A DNA stretch of 63,115 bases, counting the filler, from Sphacelaria rigidula (lineage: Eukaryota): NCBI GenBank assembly GCA_964200075.2. It is 7 parts of 7 records of this genome, joined end to end, with 100 filler letters (N's around TTAATTAATTAA, not from the genome) between each part and the next. Parts side by side here need not be neighbours in the genome. Positions count along the whole stretch, not along the records: positions 36,126 to 45,055 come from CAXNAA020009724.1; positions 45,156 to 54,085 come from CAXNAA020009725.1; 5 more parts are not named here. One strand, 5' to 3'. This document shows positions 37,633-49,493 of this stretch, in pieces. Position numbers and translations under genes: made by a program. Each line of letters begins with the position of its first letter. Position 1 is the first letter of the stretch. The notes beneath the pieces are model-generated. The model had not been told where the DNA came from. It did no database searches and worked only from the letters and a program-made list of their open reading frames with translations.

Positions 37633-38387
37633 CGGTGTTGGTGCGTACTGTAGCCGTTCGGAACGGGGCATTTCAGTCGGTACAGCAGGTGCTCGAGTAA
37701 GTTCCCCGCAGGGCGATGAACTAGACATTGCACGCGCGTCTTTTCATCATGTTTTGAATTCCCATCAACACACCACGCGAGATCAGTCGGACAGTCCTCC
37801 GCCTTCCCCCCAACTCCCATCTGTCCTCCACACCCCTCACAAAACTTCAAACACCAAAAACATCACGGTTCAGAAAAAGTGCCAAATATAGCCCCAAGTG
37901 AAGGAAAAAACACGGTCGAGAAAACCCGAGTTAGCATCAGAAACTTCAAACAGAGGAAACGTCCCTCATCGTAAGATATGAAAAAAGTAAAGTGACAAAT
38001 GTGCTATCCGTTTCCTTAGCATCTCCTCCAATGCCGAGTTCCACAACCATCTTTCCTAATTTGCATCATCGACTCGTCAAAATTTCCTGTACCTCAGACA
38101 TACTTGATGTCGATACAGTTATAACCCCCCTTCCCCCTCCACCTCAACACTTACATGAGCACCCAAGGCAGTGTGGTACAAAGCGCACACGTGTGGACAG
38201 ATATTAGCGTGGCCGCCCGTCGAGAAAATTCCAACGGTCCGACACGACAACTCTTCACTCCACCCTCATGCATTACTTCGAACAGCAAACAGACCCGACA
38301 CATACTCGAACAGGTACTACGTACGTCATGGATCGGAGGGGGCTGGCTTAGAGCTCCGCCGTTCGGTTCTAGGGTCACCCTGCAATT

Positions 38388-41300
38388 TTACTTGAGGTTG
38401 AGGACGGTCTTGAACTGATCGTACATCACGAGCACCATGGCGGATCCCACAGTACGGAGTACGTTAGCACTCGCGCCCTTGAAGAGGGCAGCTTGTCCTT
38501 CCTCCTTGATGATCTTCCTCAGACAGTCTCCAGCTCCCTGAAATATCAGATCATGATACAGACCAACGAACAAAAGTGGTCATAACTAAATATTGGTCCA
38601 ACTGTACTAAATTGGAAGACGTTTTTTTTACACGAGAAATGTGTTTCATGGGGAAGCGTGTCTAGGGATGGGAATCGTTCGCTGCTCTCGAGGCCCACGG
38701 TCCTCAACACATGCCTGACGGATGCAATCTTGTCGCCACAATCCGTTAAAAATCCAAGGAATGCAATCGTGTCGCAACCGCGACTTTCGGGCCCATGCAA
38801 CAACGTGTGCATGGATTTGCGACATGACCTTGTTCAGGCGTTGCTCGAATCAGAGACCTCCGCATACCGTACCTGGTACTGCCACTCCGCCTTCGGCTTC
38901 TCAGACTGCATCTGCAGACGACGCCTGACAGTATCGAAGGGGTAGGATGCGTACCCTGCCGTGATCGCGGTCGCCTGGGCGATCGCGAACTTCGACGCCA
39001 TACCCAAAGCACCCTTGTCGTTTTTGTAGGGGTTTTTAGCCGAACCAGTGTCGTACAAACCGAAGTACACACCACGGTACCTGCATTTTTTGTAGAAATC
39101 GACGAAAGGAGGGAGAGGCAGTGATTCGTAGACTAGTTTTCACAGCCAACCCTCATCAAGGTTGCACAGATCAAGGTTGCGCCCGGTCAGTTCACAGCAG
39201 CTGGAGGAAGCAGATGTTAGTATGGTGAAGTTGGACCATCCGAGTGCTCGAATCATCACGTCGACTACTGCACCCTTAAAGACAATTTTCAGGAAAGGTG
39301 ACTCGATAATGATGAGCTTTTCATCGTGTGAAAAATGAAGGCGAGCCAGAGCATTCCAAATCAGGCAAGTCAGACATCCACCGCCGAAACAATTTCTTTC
39401 AAATTCCATGTAAAATCCAAGAAAAAATTGTAATTTGACCCGAAGTTGGTGCAAGTAAGCACGACACGAGAAAAATCGGCAGAACACCCCGTCAAGAGAA
39501 AATATGATCCAGGTTGAGCGGAACTTACGGGATGATACCCATCACGGATACGCCGAAACCGTTGTACAGCCCGAAGAAACCCTTTGGTCCCTTGGCAGTC
39601 TTGCTGAGGCAGTCCCACAAGCCGGTGAAGTCGCGCTTGCCGGACCCCACATCGGAGGCTAGACGAGTCCTGCACAGGATATACGAAAATGTCGAGAGCA
39701 ACGGTGCCACGGACATTTCCAGCAGTGAGTTCAATATATCAATATATTTCACGGGTCGGACGAATGATGAATCGTCTGGAAATTACTAGGCTCGTGACGG
39801 ATCCATTACTGGGCTCAACTTCAGCGTTGCAACACGGATACACGCAGCTCAGACACGTGGAATGACCAAACAGTTGCGTGGGTACCCCTTGCGCAATCGG
39901 GCCGGAGAAATCGTGAATTTCGTGATTCCAAGTCGTGGTAACTTGTCCTAACCGTGATATATTCTCATGATGGCCCCTTATTGCATTTTTTTTTTTATCG
40001 AAAAAGTGTGGTCGAATTTCACTCACCGAACTGATGCGTCCACCGCATCCATGTTTCTTGAAAAATTATAATTAGCGGCGCGAAGTATACAACGAGGTTA
40101 AAACATTCGTTTTCGGTCGAAAGCCTGCAGTCGAAAGGCACGAAGCGGCATTTGACTGTTGTTTTACGGACCACCGCGCTGATGAACACCCGTTCATGGG
40201 ACCACGCAAACTCCATCCAATTCACTCACAGCTACCACCGCACCCTCCAGCACTGAGCGAGAGTTGAGCACATAGATACACTACAGTAGTCGGGTATATG
40301 CTTCTTTCATTTTTTTTGACGAAAACTTGCACATCCTCTTTCACGGTAGGGATCAGCCACAGACATGCGTGGTACTGTGAGCAACCGAGGTGCATGCACG
40401 CTCATGATATACGGGCAGTACAAAGCTGCACGTTGCTGAAGTCCTTTTCATGTCGTTTCATACGCAGAGAGAAATGTTGAGTCCTAGATTGTCTGCACTG
40501 CATGTTGCCTGCTTCTGCTTCACATTCTCCTGCACGAAACACACCCACGCCTTCAGCACACCCTGCTCGAAGGCAGTGCAGATAATACACACGGCCTGTA
40601 CTTTTCACCAGTGAACATGTGCCGTTTCGCGCCTTCACTGATTTCACAGGCACCGCAGGTAGGATACCGTACCGAGCGTGGCCCCGGTATTTACCGACCT
40701 ATCCCAAACCATGGTATGCGTAGGTACGGTAGGTGTGACGTTTCAAGATACCAGATTGGGCCGGTACGGTGGATATTGTGAAACCTCGAAATACCCTGGT
40801 ATCATGAGGATCGCGGGTTTGAGTTTTGAAAGTAACGGATTGGGCCAGCACGGTAGCTATCAAAATCTCGAAATGCCGTCGTATCGTAGGTGTGAGTTTC
40901 GAAAATACCAGAGTTGGCAGGTACGGGAGGTATCGAAATCTCAGATCCCGTGGTATCGTAGGTATTGCAGGTATGAGCTTTGGAATTACCGGATTGAGTC
41001 AGCATTGGTGGGGTATGAGGTGTCCCAAATACCGGTACCGAGTACCTGCCCTACCTGTTGTATCGAATTCAAAACTGTCATCTGCAGTGCGCAGCATTCC
41101 AGATCTGAGTGCAAGTTGGGCAATTCAGTTTTCACAGGGACCGTAGGTAAGGTACCGTACCGGGCCTACTCCGTGTATTTATCGGGGTACACCATACCGT
41201 GGTATGCGCAGGTATCACAGGTATAAATTGGGAGATACAGGATTCGGCGGGTACGGTAGGTACTGAAACCTTGAAATGCCCTGGTGTCGTGGGTATGGTG

Positions 41301-44191
41301 GGTATGAGTTTTGAGAACACCAGGTTGGGCGGGTACGGTAGGTATCAAAACCTCGAAACACCCTGGGATCGTAAGTATCATAGGTTTAGTGGGCATGAGT
41401 TTTGGAAATACCGAATTGGGCCGGTATCGCTAGGGTACGAAAAGTCCGAGGTATAGGTATTGGGTACCCACCTCACCTACGGTGCTCGTGACTATATTTC
41501 TTGGATCGACGGCTTAATTCATCCGCACCTACCTGCAATAAAACAAATTTTCCCTTAGATCGGCATCGCTAACCCATTTTTTGATCGAAAAGAAAAGTGC
41601 CAAGACAGGCCCTGGGTTGTACACGAGACTACTTTGTAGTCAGTGGCCCTGAACGCGTCGCCATCCCCACCTTCCGCGGAACAGCCATTTTGTGACACGT
41701 ATGCATCTGTGATTGAAAGCTACAAAATACTCAAGCCTCCATTACATCTATTTCGTGTGTGCCAGTTTTTTCTTTGCATGCGTTCATCATGTCATCACCG
41801 CAGGATAGTCGAGGTCTCAGATAAGGTCTATCAATAAGTGGATCGACGAATTCAAACGAACACCGTCCCGTGTGTAAAAAAACGCCTGCAACGGTATGGT
41901 TTGGAGGGGTTCAGGGGCCGAATGTCATCTCACCGGGCGAAATCCAGCGGGTATACGAAGCACAGAGACCCAGCACCGGCCAATCCTCCGGAAGCGATGT
42001 TGATGGCGAAGAACTTCCAGAAGTTTTCCTTGGGGTTAGCCTGTTATGAATACCGTCACGAACGGGTAACGCGCAGGAACAGGACAGAAATCAGTGCATC
42101 AACAAGATTTTTCTGCTACTTGTAACCGAATCAGATTTCGGAACAATTATCAGTTCGTCAGACATCTGTTCACCCTCGTATATTTGCATATACTACCAAA
42201 GTATCATGGAATGGAGAGCATTTAGTAGTGAAAAGGCTGTCGGCCAGTCGTCACATCTGCTGACGAGTGGGTGGTGCAGCATGTACCTAGCACGACGGCG
42301 AGAATCGACGGAACAACAAGCCGTGTCCAGACACTCAGCGGCGGAGATGTCCCACTGCTCCCCGTGGGTTCAGGTACATCCTGTGATGATGACGCTTCAC
42401 CACCATTCGCTGGACGAGGCACAAAAACTACTGCGGCGAGGAAAAACATATTTGGTCTTCCATCTCGTTGCGCAGCGGACTTAATTCGACACGAGGGATA
42501 CATGAGCTGCCGAGCCAGGCCGGAGTCATCGTTCATTGCGCTCCGTACGTCAGAGGGGACGGAAACGACTCGCGGCCCACCTTGTACCATTGAGGGCAAC
42601 GTACGCCGCCATCGAGCGGAAACTATGACCTCATGTCCTGACATCAGAAACGTCACTCATGAGTTCTCAACTACTGTGGGACCAGGAAAATTACTCCTTC
42701 GTCTCGCGTAGCCGTTCCTGTACAGACACCAAATAGCCCGCATCGCATCCCACACGATGGGTTTTCTTCGACGGACCTACACCAACTTCCATGTTCCCTT
42801 TCCCATGAAAGTGAGGCACGAATACACGGAATGCGTCACCAGCACCACGAACCACGGGAAAAAAGTTCTTCCAAGACGTTCCATCGCTGTTGCAATGGGA
42901 TGCGGGTTGGGGTCCTTCCGCAGAAATTTTCCACACAGGGACTGTCCACACATAAGATAGACGCCCACGTATCGTGACACGACACATGAGGATTTTGTCT
43001 CAGGGCCCCTTCATGACCGACATACGTATTTGTGGTGTCGTCCGTGCACGTTCGCCTCTCTGGAATTTCATGCCTGATCCTGTTACCGGTTCCCAAGAAT
43101 ATGGGCGTGCCTCTTTGTGCGGATGCCCTTAGCATTCGATCCCGTGCCTGTTTGGGCCGTCAGTGATGATCCATTGGGAACATATGTGAAGGCGATTGAA
43201 CACTTTAGAGAGGGGGCACCCTCCTTCCCTGATGAACTCGGACCGAGAAAAAAACGCCCAGCTGTAGGTTTTGGCGTAGATCTTGTCATCAAAACTGGGG
43301 AAAATATACCGCCACCATTGGTGGCTACATGCCAACTTTGCCACGTGTTGCCAAGTCTCCCGACTGACAAGCACGGGAAATGTGGGGGGTGTAGAACTTG
43401 ACAGGGCCGAAGGGTTCGCAGACAAGAAGGTAAATGTTCGGCAAGACACGCAAGTACAGTGGATGATTCTCATTTGTGTCGATTCAATTAGACTGCTCGC
43501 TCCGTTTGTATGTTCCAACACGCCGGAAGCCTAGTCGCGACCGGGGCAGGCACCACTACAGCGAGATAGTCGCCGGGTCGGACAAAATGAAAAACTCCAC
43601 ATGGTATGTGCGTATCATGGGTCGACATGACATATCATGTGGTCGCCGCGTCGGGCAATGCCGAATAGAAGACGTAGCGCAATGCCACCAATGGCTGAAA
43701 AGGGACTCGGGGTGGGGCTATGCGCACCAGTAGGCACGAGCTCGCAAAAAAGAATCCATACTGTACTTTACACAATCAGAGGGGAAGACCAAGAAATTTG
43801 AGCAACGGCCGTCACCACCTACACACCGCACAGCATTGCAACAGCGGGTATGCAGACAGAGGACCCAGCACAAACGCACCTTGGGGAAGATGGCCTTGAT
43901 CTGGTCCTTGAAAGCAAAGTTGAAAGCCTGAGTGGGGAAGTACCGGATGACATTCGTGAAGTTGCCGCGCCAGAAGGCCGCAAGCCCTTGCTCCTGGTTC
44001 ACACGGATGAAGCAGTTGGCGATACCTGTGTATCGAGGGATTTCACCAGACTTGATGCGAGGGTTAGAGTCCTGCGTCTGGAGGATGAGCTTCACGCGCT
44101 CGATGGGAGCTGTGGCAGTCTTGGCGATTGCGCCGGACACGCCACCCAGGGCGAAGTCGACAAGGAAGTTGGACTTTTGCTGTTCCGGCAT
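38388..44191 (-). CDS. AAC: Mitochondrial ADP/ATP carrier (adenine nucleotide translocase), complete, 5 exons, 305 aa
   Basis: Exons 44191-43880, 42040-41934, 39669-39529, 39080-38873, 38537-38388 (918 nt, GT-AG, phases consistent). Motifs [63 protein letters not shown]. Confidence 0.97.
40642..41483. repeat. GGTA/TACC-rich tandem repeat block in AAC intron 2
   Basis: Two related units start TTTCACAGG(C/G)ACCG(C/T)AGGTA at ~40642 and ~41130, built of ~80-90-bp subunits with GGTACGGTAGGTAT and CTCGAAA. Confidence 0.7.
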
Positions 44192-45055
44192 TGTAGCTGT
44201 GTGGTGGTGTTCGATTTGGGCTTTCGGGTGGGGTACAGGCAGTAGTCAAAGCGACGTGCTTGAACTGCTGATTGTTGTTGCAAAGCACGCAAGGCAAAAC
44301 AGAACAAGTTTTGTTCTCGTTGCTGCGTCGCTATTTGGTTACTGCACTGTACCGCCTGAGGTTGGGTGTGTTTGCCAGGGATGGTGTGTTTGGAGGGTGG
44401 GAGGGTCTTGGTGTGATGTCAGCGAATTCCGCGGCATTATCGAGGAGGCGTCGGCCGACCACCACAGGACACCAAAAATAGCCCGGTGCCCGTTCTGATC
44501 TGACAGTCAGTGCAAAGACAATGTTCCCAGAACCCAAGCACTATAAACAACCGTAGATATGTATGGTATAGTACGCGGTTCAGCTACCGTACGACACGTT
44601 AACATTGCAATACATATCCGTGGTAAGTGCAGTCCATGAAAAGTACGCAGCTAGCTACGCCTTTTTTGTGCCCCGACGTTCGTGTTTCTTTATCGCAAAT
44701 GACGGCATTGTTCACACTATACAGTAAAATAGATCGAGGGAGACAGCTCCGACCGGCCTCAAATTTGGCAACTCGGTGGGTAGCTCTCTATTATTGATGC
44801 TTCAAAGTGAAAAAATGTTTTTTTTTAAACAGAAAATGAATTGTTGAAAACAGGAGCGTGAAGGCCCTCGAATTCCGGTACACAATGCTAGAAAACAAGA
44901 ACAAAAATACTCCGTATAGATATAATAATGTAGTCCGCAGGGAACATTTCACCAAGTAAGTGTCGTTGCGTAGCTAAAAAGACCGATACACTGGGAACAG
45001 TGTTTCCGTGAGATTGAGAGTAGATGATACGATTGAGAGTGAAAAGCGGTCAATC

Positions 45056-45155
45056 NNNNNNNNNNNNNNNNNNNNNNNNNNNNNNNNNNNNNNNNNNNNT
45101 TAATTAATTAANNNNNNNNNNNNNNNNNNNNNNNNNNNNNNNNNNNNNNNNNNNN
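45056..45155. other. Artificial contig linker
   Basis: N44-TTAATTAATTAA-N44. Confidence 0.97.
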
Positions 45156-45185
45156 GTACTATGGGTGCTGTGGCTGCGGTGGCGG

Positions 45186-45228
45186 CATACACCGAAAGGT
45201 GTAGACTGGCGCCCAGAAAAAATGGGAC

Positions 45229-45285
<57 letters not shown>
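45186..45285 (+). repeat. SINE 3' end followed by (CA)n microsatellite
   Basis: CATACACCGAAAGGTGTAGACTGGCGCCCAGAA...GGGACAA then (CA)n. Confidence 0.75.
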
Positions 45286-45287
<2 letters not shown>

Positions 45288-46486
45288 TGCGTTCCTGAAA
45301 ATACAGCCCTGATAGCATAACAAGATGTGTGCGTACGATGCAGTTATGATCATGTGTGGGCTCTGCCAGTGGGTACTGTCCTACAGAAGGAGCCCATCGT
45401 TGCACCCGTTCTCAAAGTGGCCACCCCTTTCAACGTCTTGCTGGCGTTTTGTTGTAGTTGCTCTTGTAGACATGGACACGAGGCTTGCTTTTATTAAACT
45501 GATACGTTTTTTGTTCCTTACTCAAGTGATTTGTGGAGTCAAATTCATGTTTATACTCTACTACTCCACCGACTGTCTCCCTCTCCACCACAACTGAATT
45601 GTCTTCACTACGAGCTTCTCCCGATCTTCTCACTGGTAAGCGTTTTCGTTGATTTTTTTGAAAACCAGGAGTTCTTTTTCTGTTGTTGCCAATTTGGCTG
45701 TCATTCCCTTGTCATGCAATGCAAGAGAACCAGGCCTCCCGGGTACGGAACTCCGCGAGGCGAAGTTGGTGGCTATATCTCTGAGTAAAACACGCTGCCT
45801 TTGTTTTTATGGTGCACGTGAGAGTTCATGCCCGAATAGGATGACCTGAAATAGTTGAGCCGCGATCTGCTCCCACAACCTTGTCCTTATGTGTTTTGTG
45901 TGAGTGCACGTGCTTTTTGCACGCGGTTTTCTTTGCATCTAAAGCCATGCCGCAGGGGCCGGCCATTTGTAGGTTTATTTTGTCATTCAAACCGAAAAAA
46001 TCCGGTTCTTCTTCGTTCCTTTCATTTCCTGTTTGGTTCTGGTGTTCGGTTCTCAGTTTACTCCTTTGATTTGTTTCATCCACTTTTTTTTTTCCTTCAC
46101 TTTTTTTTATATGCGAGCGTTTCGGTTTTTTTCATCTCGGGTTCTTTCATAGTGTGATCACCACTGGGACCCTCAGGAATCAGTCAGTGGGCGACAATTT
46201 ATCAAACAAATCGATCAATGAACGAGTGTTTCGGTTCGTTTGCCTTGGCTACGCCTATCTTGTGACCATGGATGGGATTCGCAGCGAAATAGCTGCTGCT
46301 TATGTGCGAAAATCAACCATTCGACCAATCCGTTGATAAATGGACAATTGTCAAGTCATGGATCAATATCGAGCAAAGTCCTGGATAATACTCTGCGCGG
46401 AAATTGTCATTTGGCATGATGCTTGATTCTCGTCATGTATTGGAACTCTGTGTACATGAAATGGATATACGAGTCATGCTACGATA

Positions 46487-46587
46487 GGGGTGTACTCATG
46501 ACCATGCATACCATAGTCACCAGACCATTGACCTCGCATCCCTACAAAGGCGGGACGGAGCACGCCGGGTTTTCGCCGGACCAGGCT
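46487..46587 (+). repeat. Full ~100-bp GTACTCAT element
   Basis: GGGGTGTACTCATG...GGACCAGGCT, colinear with 26580-26680. Confidence 0.8.
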
Positions 46588-47123
46588 CACACTCAAACCA
46601 CCAAGCGCGAAGCGCCGTGGTGCGAGTCGCATGAAGGGTGAGCTGCATCCTGCTACGATTGTTCGGCCCGAAGCCCACTGATTATCTTGCATTTGGGTGA
46701 CCGCCTACACATGAGTTGCTTTCTTTTCTGGTATCGCCACTTCCAGAGACAGCCATAACTTATACACTGCCTCATGGGTGCGTCACCGGTGCTACGATAG
46801 GGGGGGGGGGGGGGGGGGGGGTTTTGGGTCGGTTTCTTTCACGAAATTCCAGTTCAACCGCCGTTGATAGCAGCAACAGTATACGAACGCACTTACTTCC
46901 GATGAATAACGCTCACTCATACTGCTGTACACCGCTTCACCCAAATACAAGCGCACGGCGAGCGTTTTAGTTCGTCTGACGCATCTGTGAGCATATTTCT
47001 TGGTGGAATCAAACACCCCCCCCCTCCCCCTATTGTAGCATGGCTCATATGTACGATACGAAAGTTGATGATCGATGATCATATGTCTCCTCTGGACCAT
47101 TGCTGCGTGACGCGCGATTTCAG

Positions 47124-47339
47124 TTGGCGGCACGTGCGTTAGCCAATGAGCGAAGCGACGATAATAAAGGAAGCAAGTCAGCGTCCACGACTGGGAATGA
47201 GTCGACGAAGGCAATCCCTGAAAAAGCTATTCCGCAAATGGCGTCGGTGGCATTTCCTTCTCTCATATCGCGTTACTGTGGCAGTTTGGAGTCAAAGGGT
47301 GCGGCGGTTGCATCTTCATCATCGGAGTTAGCAGAAGAG
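47124..47339 (+). CDS. Probable internal exon, likely upstream part of the FAM135-like gene
   Basis: tttcag acceptor, 72 open codons, GAG|GTGAGC donor; no recognisable motif. Confidence 0.45.
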
Positions 47340-49493
47340 GTGAGCTGAAGCCCCGTGTGCAGTTAATTTTGTATATCTTGTTTATTCTCACGGTAGAGCA
47401 CCGTCGAGAGCGCCAGTGAAACGATAGGATTCCGAAAGCGAGTTAATTTTCTCGACAAGTACTGCTACTAAGTTGTGGTTGCGCTTCGTATTTGAGATGG
47501 TTGCATCGGAGAAATATTTGAATGTTTTGATCTCGTCGTTGCGGAGGAGGGTGATATATCTGGCAATTCGCGGAGAGGCGTTTGGGATATCCGTACTTTG
47601 ACACATTTCGTTCCAGTGGTTTCAACAGTGGGAGCTACGTACACGCGCAGCAAGAATATCAAGGTACCGGAGATGTGGTACCGATAAATCCAATGTTGGG
47701 TCCGAATGAAGCCTCAATAGCGAACGTATCTCGCCGTCCAGAACTCAGGCTATTGACGTCCAGAGGGTTGCATACGCGTGTGCTAGCTATCGTGTCGACC
47801 CAGTCGCACTCCAGGCGGCAGGTTTATGCATGACGGGTTTTCGAAGCAGACGAGTTTTCTCTTGCTCATCTTCCGTTTCTGCCCGTCTCGTTGTTTTTTG
47901 TCCATCAACGACCCCACACGTTTCATGTTCACACGTAGCAGCACATGCGATGCCTTGTTTTTGAGAAGGGTCGCGATTCCCTCCCTCCCCTCCTTTCCCT
48001 TCCTCTTGTTCAAACCGAAATCTCCGGTTGCTGGTGTATCTATCGTACGCCAAACTAAAAAAGATGGGCTTAGCGAGAGTGTACGGATGTATCAACCCCA
48101 CACGACCTGTGACTCGAATTCCCGTCGGTCGGTCGTCGGGTGGAGGCCATTGCCGCGATGTGCCGGCTGCGCACCAGCCGGAGGGAATGGGGAAACCTCG
48201 GCGGCGAGGGAGAAAGAGTCAGTGTTCACAGAATTTTCCCTCGCCGTTGCAATGGCGCGCTTTGCCGTCTGTTTTGACGGCATGGATCAAGCAACCCTCA
48301 GTCATCACTCGAGCACGTTCTTTGAAAAAAGAAGACATGTGTGCAGAGGGCGATGGCCGGCGGTGAAACATTGTCGCCGTGCCCCTGTTGTCAAACTGTG
48401 ACATTAACGCTACTTTGTTCAGATTTTATGGTTTCCAAATCCGCAGCCATTTGAAAGACATGATCAACACAAGAAGTCCGGACGGGTAACTCTGTAGGTC
48501 GTGATATGCTCTAGTGGCTGTTGGATGAGCAATGGACAAGTGCTGTGCCTTGTTAGGTGTACACTGTACTGAACGTTAAAACTGTTCGTTTTTGTGAAAA
48601 ATTGTCTTGTACCTGTAGATGTGTGGGAATGCTTGGATTTTCATTTCAAGGACAAGAAATCGTTCAATGAGTGCTTTTCCAAGAAATGGCATTTCTCGCG
48701 CAAAATATTATCATTTACCAAACACCTGCAGCAAAGTACGGTGAAACTTGGCTGTAATGTAGTGTGCAGAGATTCCCGTTAGTGCTGGGAGCAAGGCGAA
48801 CAAAACGCCGTGTACCGAGTCATTCAGCGTTTTTTTTCAAATTCCCATGCTCGCGATGGCATGGAAAAACGTCAAATAGAGGGGTAGACACTGACCACAC
48901 TGTCCGCGCCCGTTTACTTGGTGTACCACATAACATGGAACGGGTGCAGGGTACCAGCCGAAATCCGGTTGTGGTTTGGTACCGGGATACGCTGACTGTA
49001 TCGGGTGGCACCGAGATCAATCGGTTTGGTGAAGAGTACCTCATTTATCGGCATTTTCAGGGATGTGAGTACATCGTTATTGATACGACTGCACGAGTGA
49101 TCAATACCCGCTGTTTTCGCACTCGATTTACCCCTCTATTCGCTCCTGAGCGCTGCTCACGCCATTTTACTATTATATTGTGTAGACAGCAACTCCGGCG
49201 AGTGCCATATGCACTGTTGTCCTTTTTTTTGTATAATGAGTCGCCAGCTTGAGCACGCGTGACCTTCGCGATGACAGAGTGATTCAGTTGATTTTTTTAC
49301 TGCGGAGATCTTGACATGTTCACCGGAGAGGCAGTCATTCATGAAAATCAAGCCACAAACGTTCGTAGTGGCTGCATGAGCTCGAATTAACTACTTTTAC
49401 TTCGCCGTCAAACGGTCATCACACACTTCCATCATTCCTGCATTACAAAGATATTTCTGTACAAGCGTTCGTCTTTCGCATTATGCTTATCAG

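Noticed and set aside
42200-43530. Nested gene or snoRNA in AAC intron 1
   Set aside because: Short ORFs without recognisable motifs; no convincing box C/D pair on the host strand.
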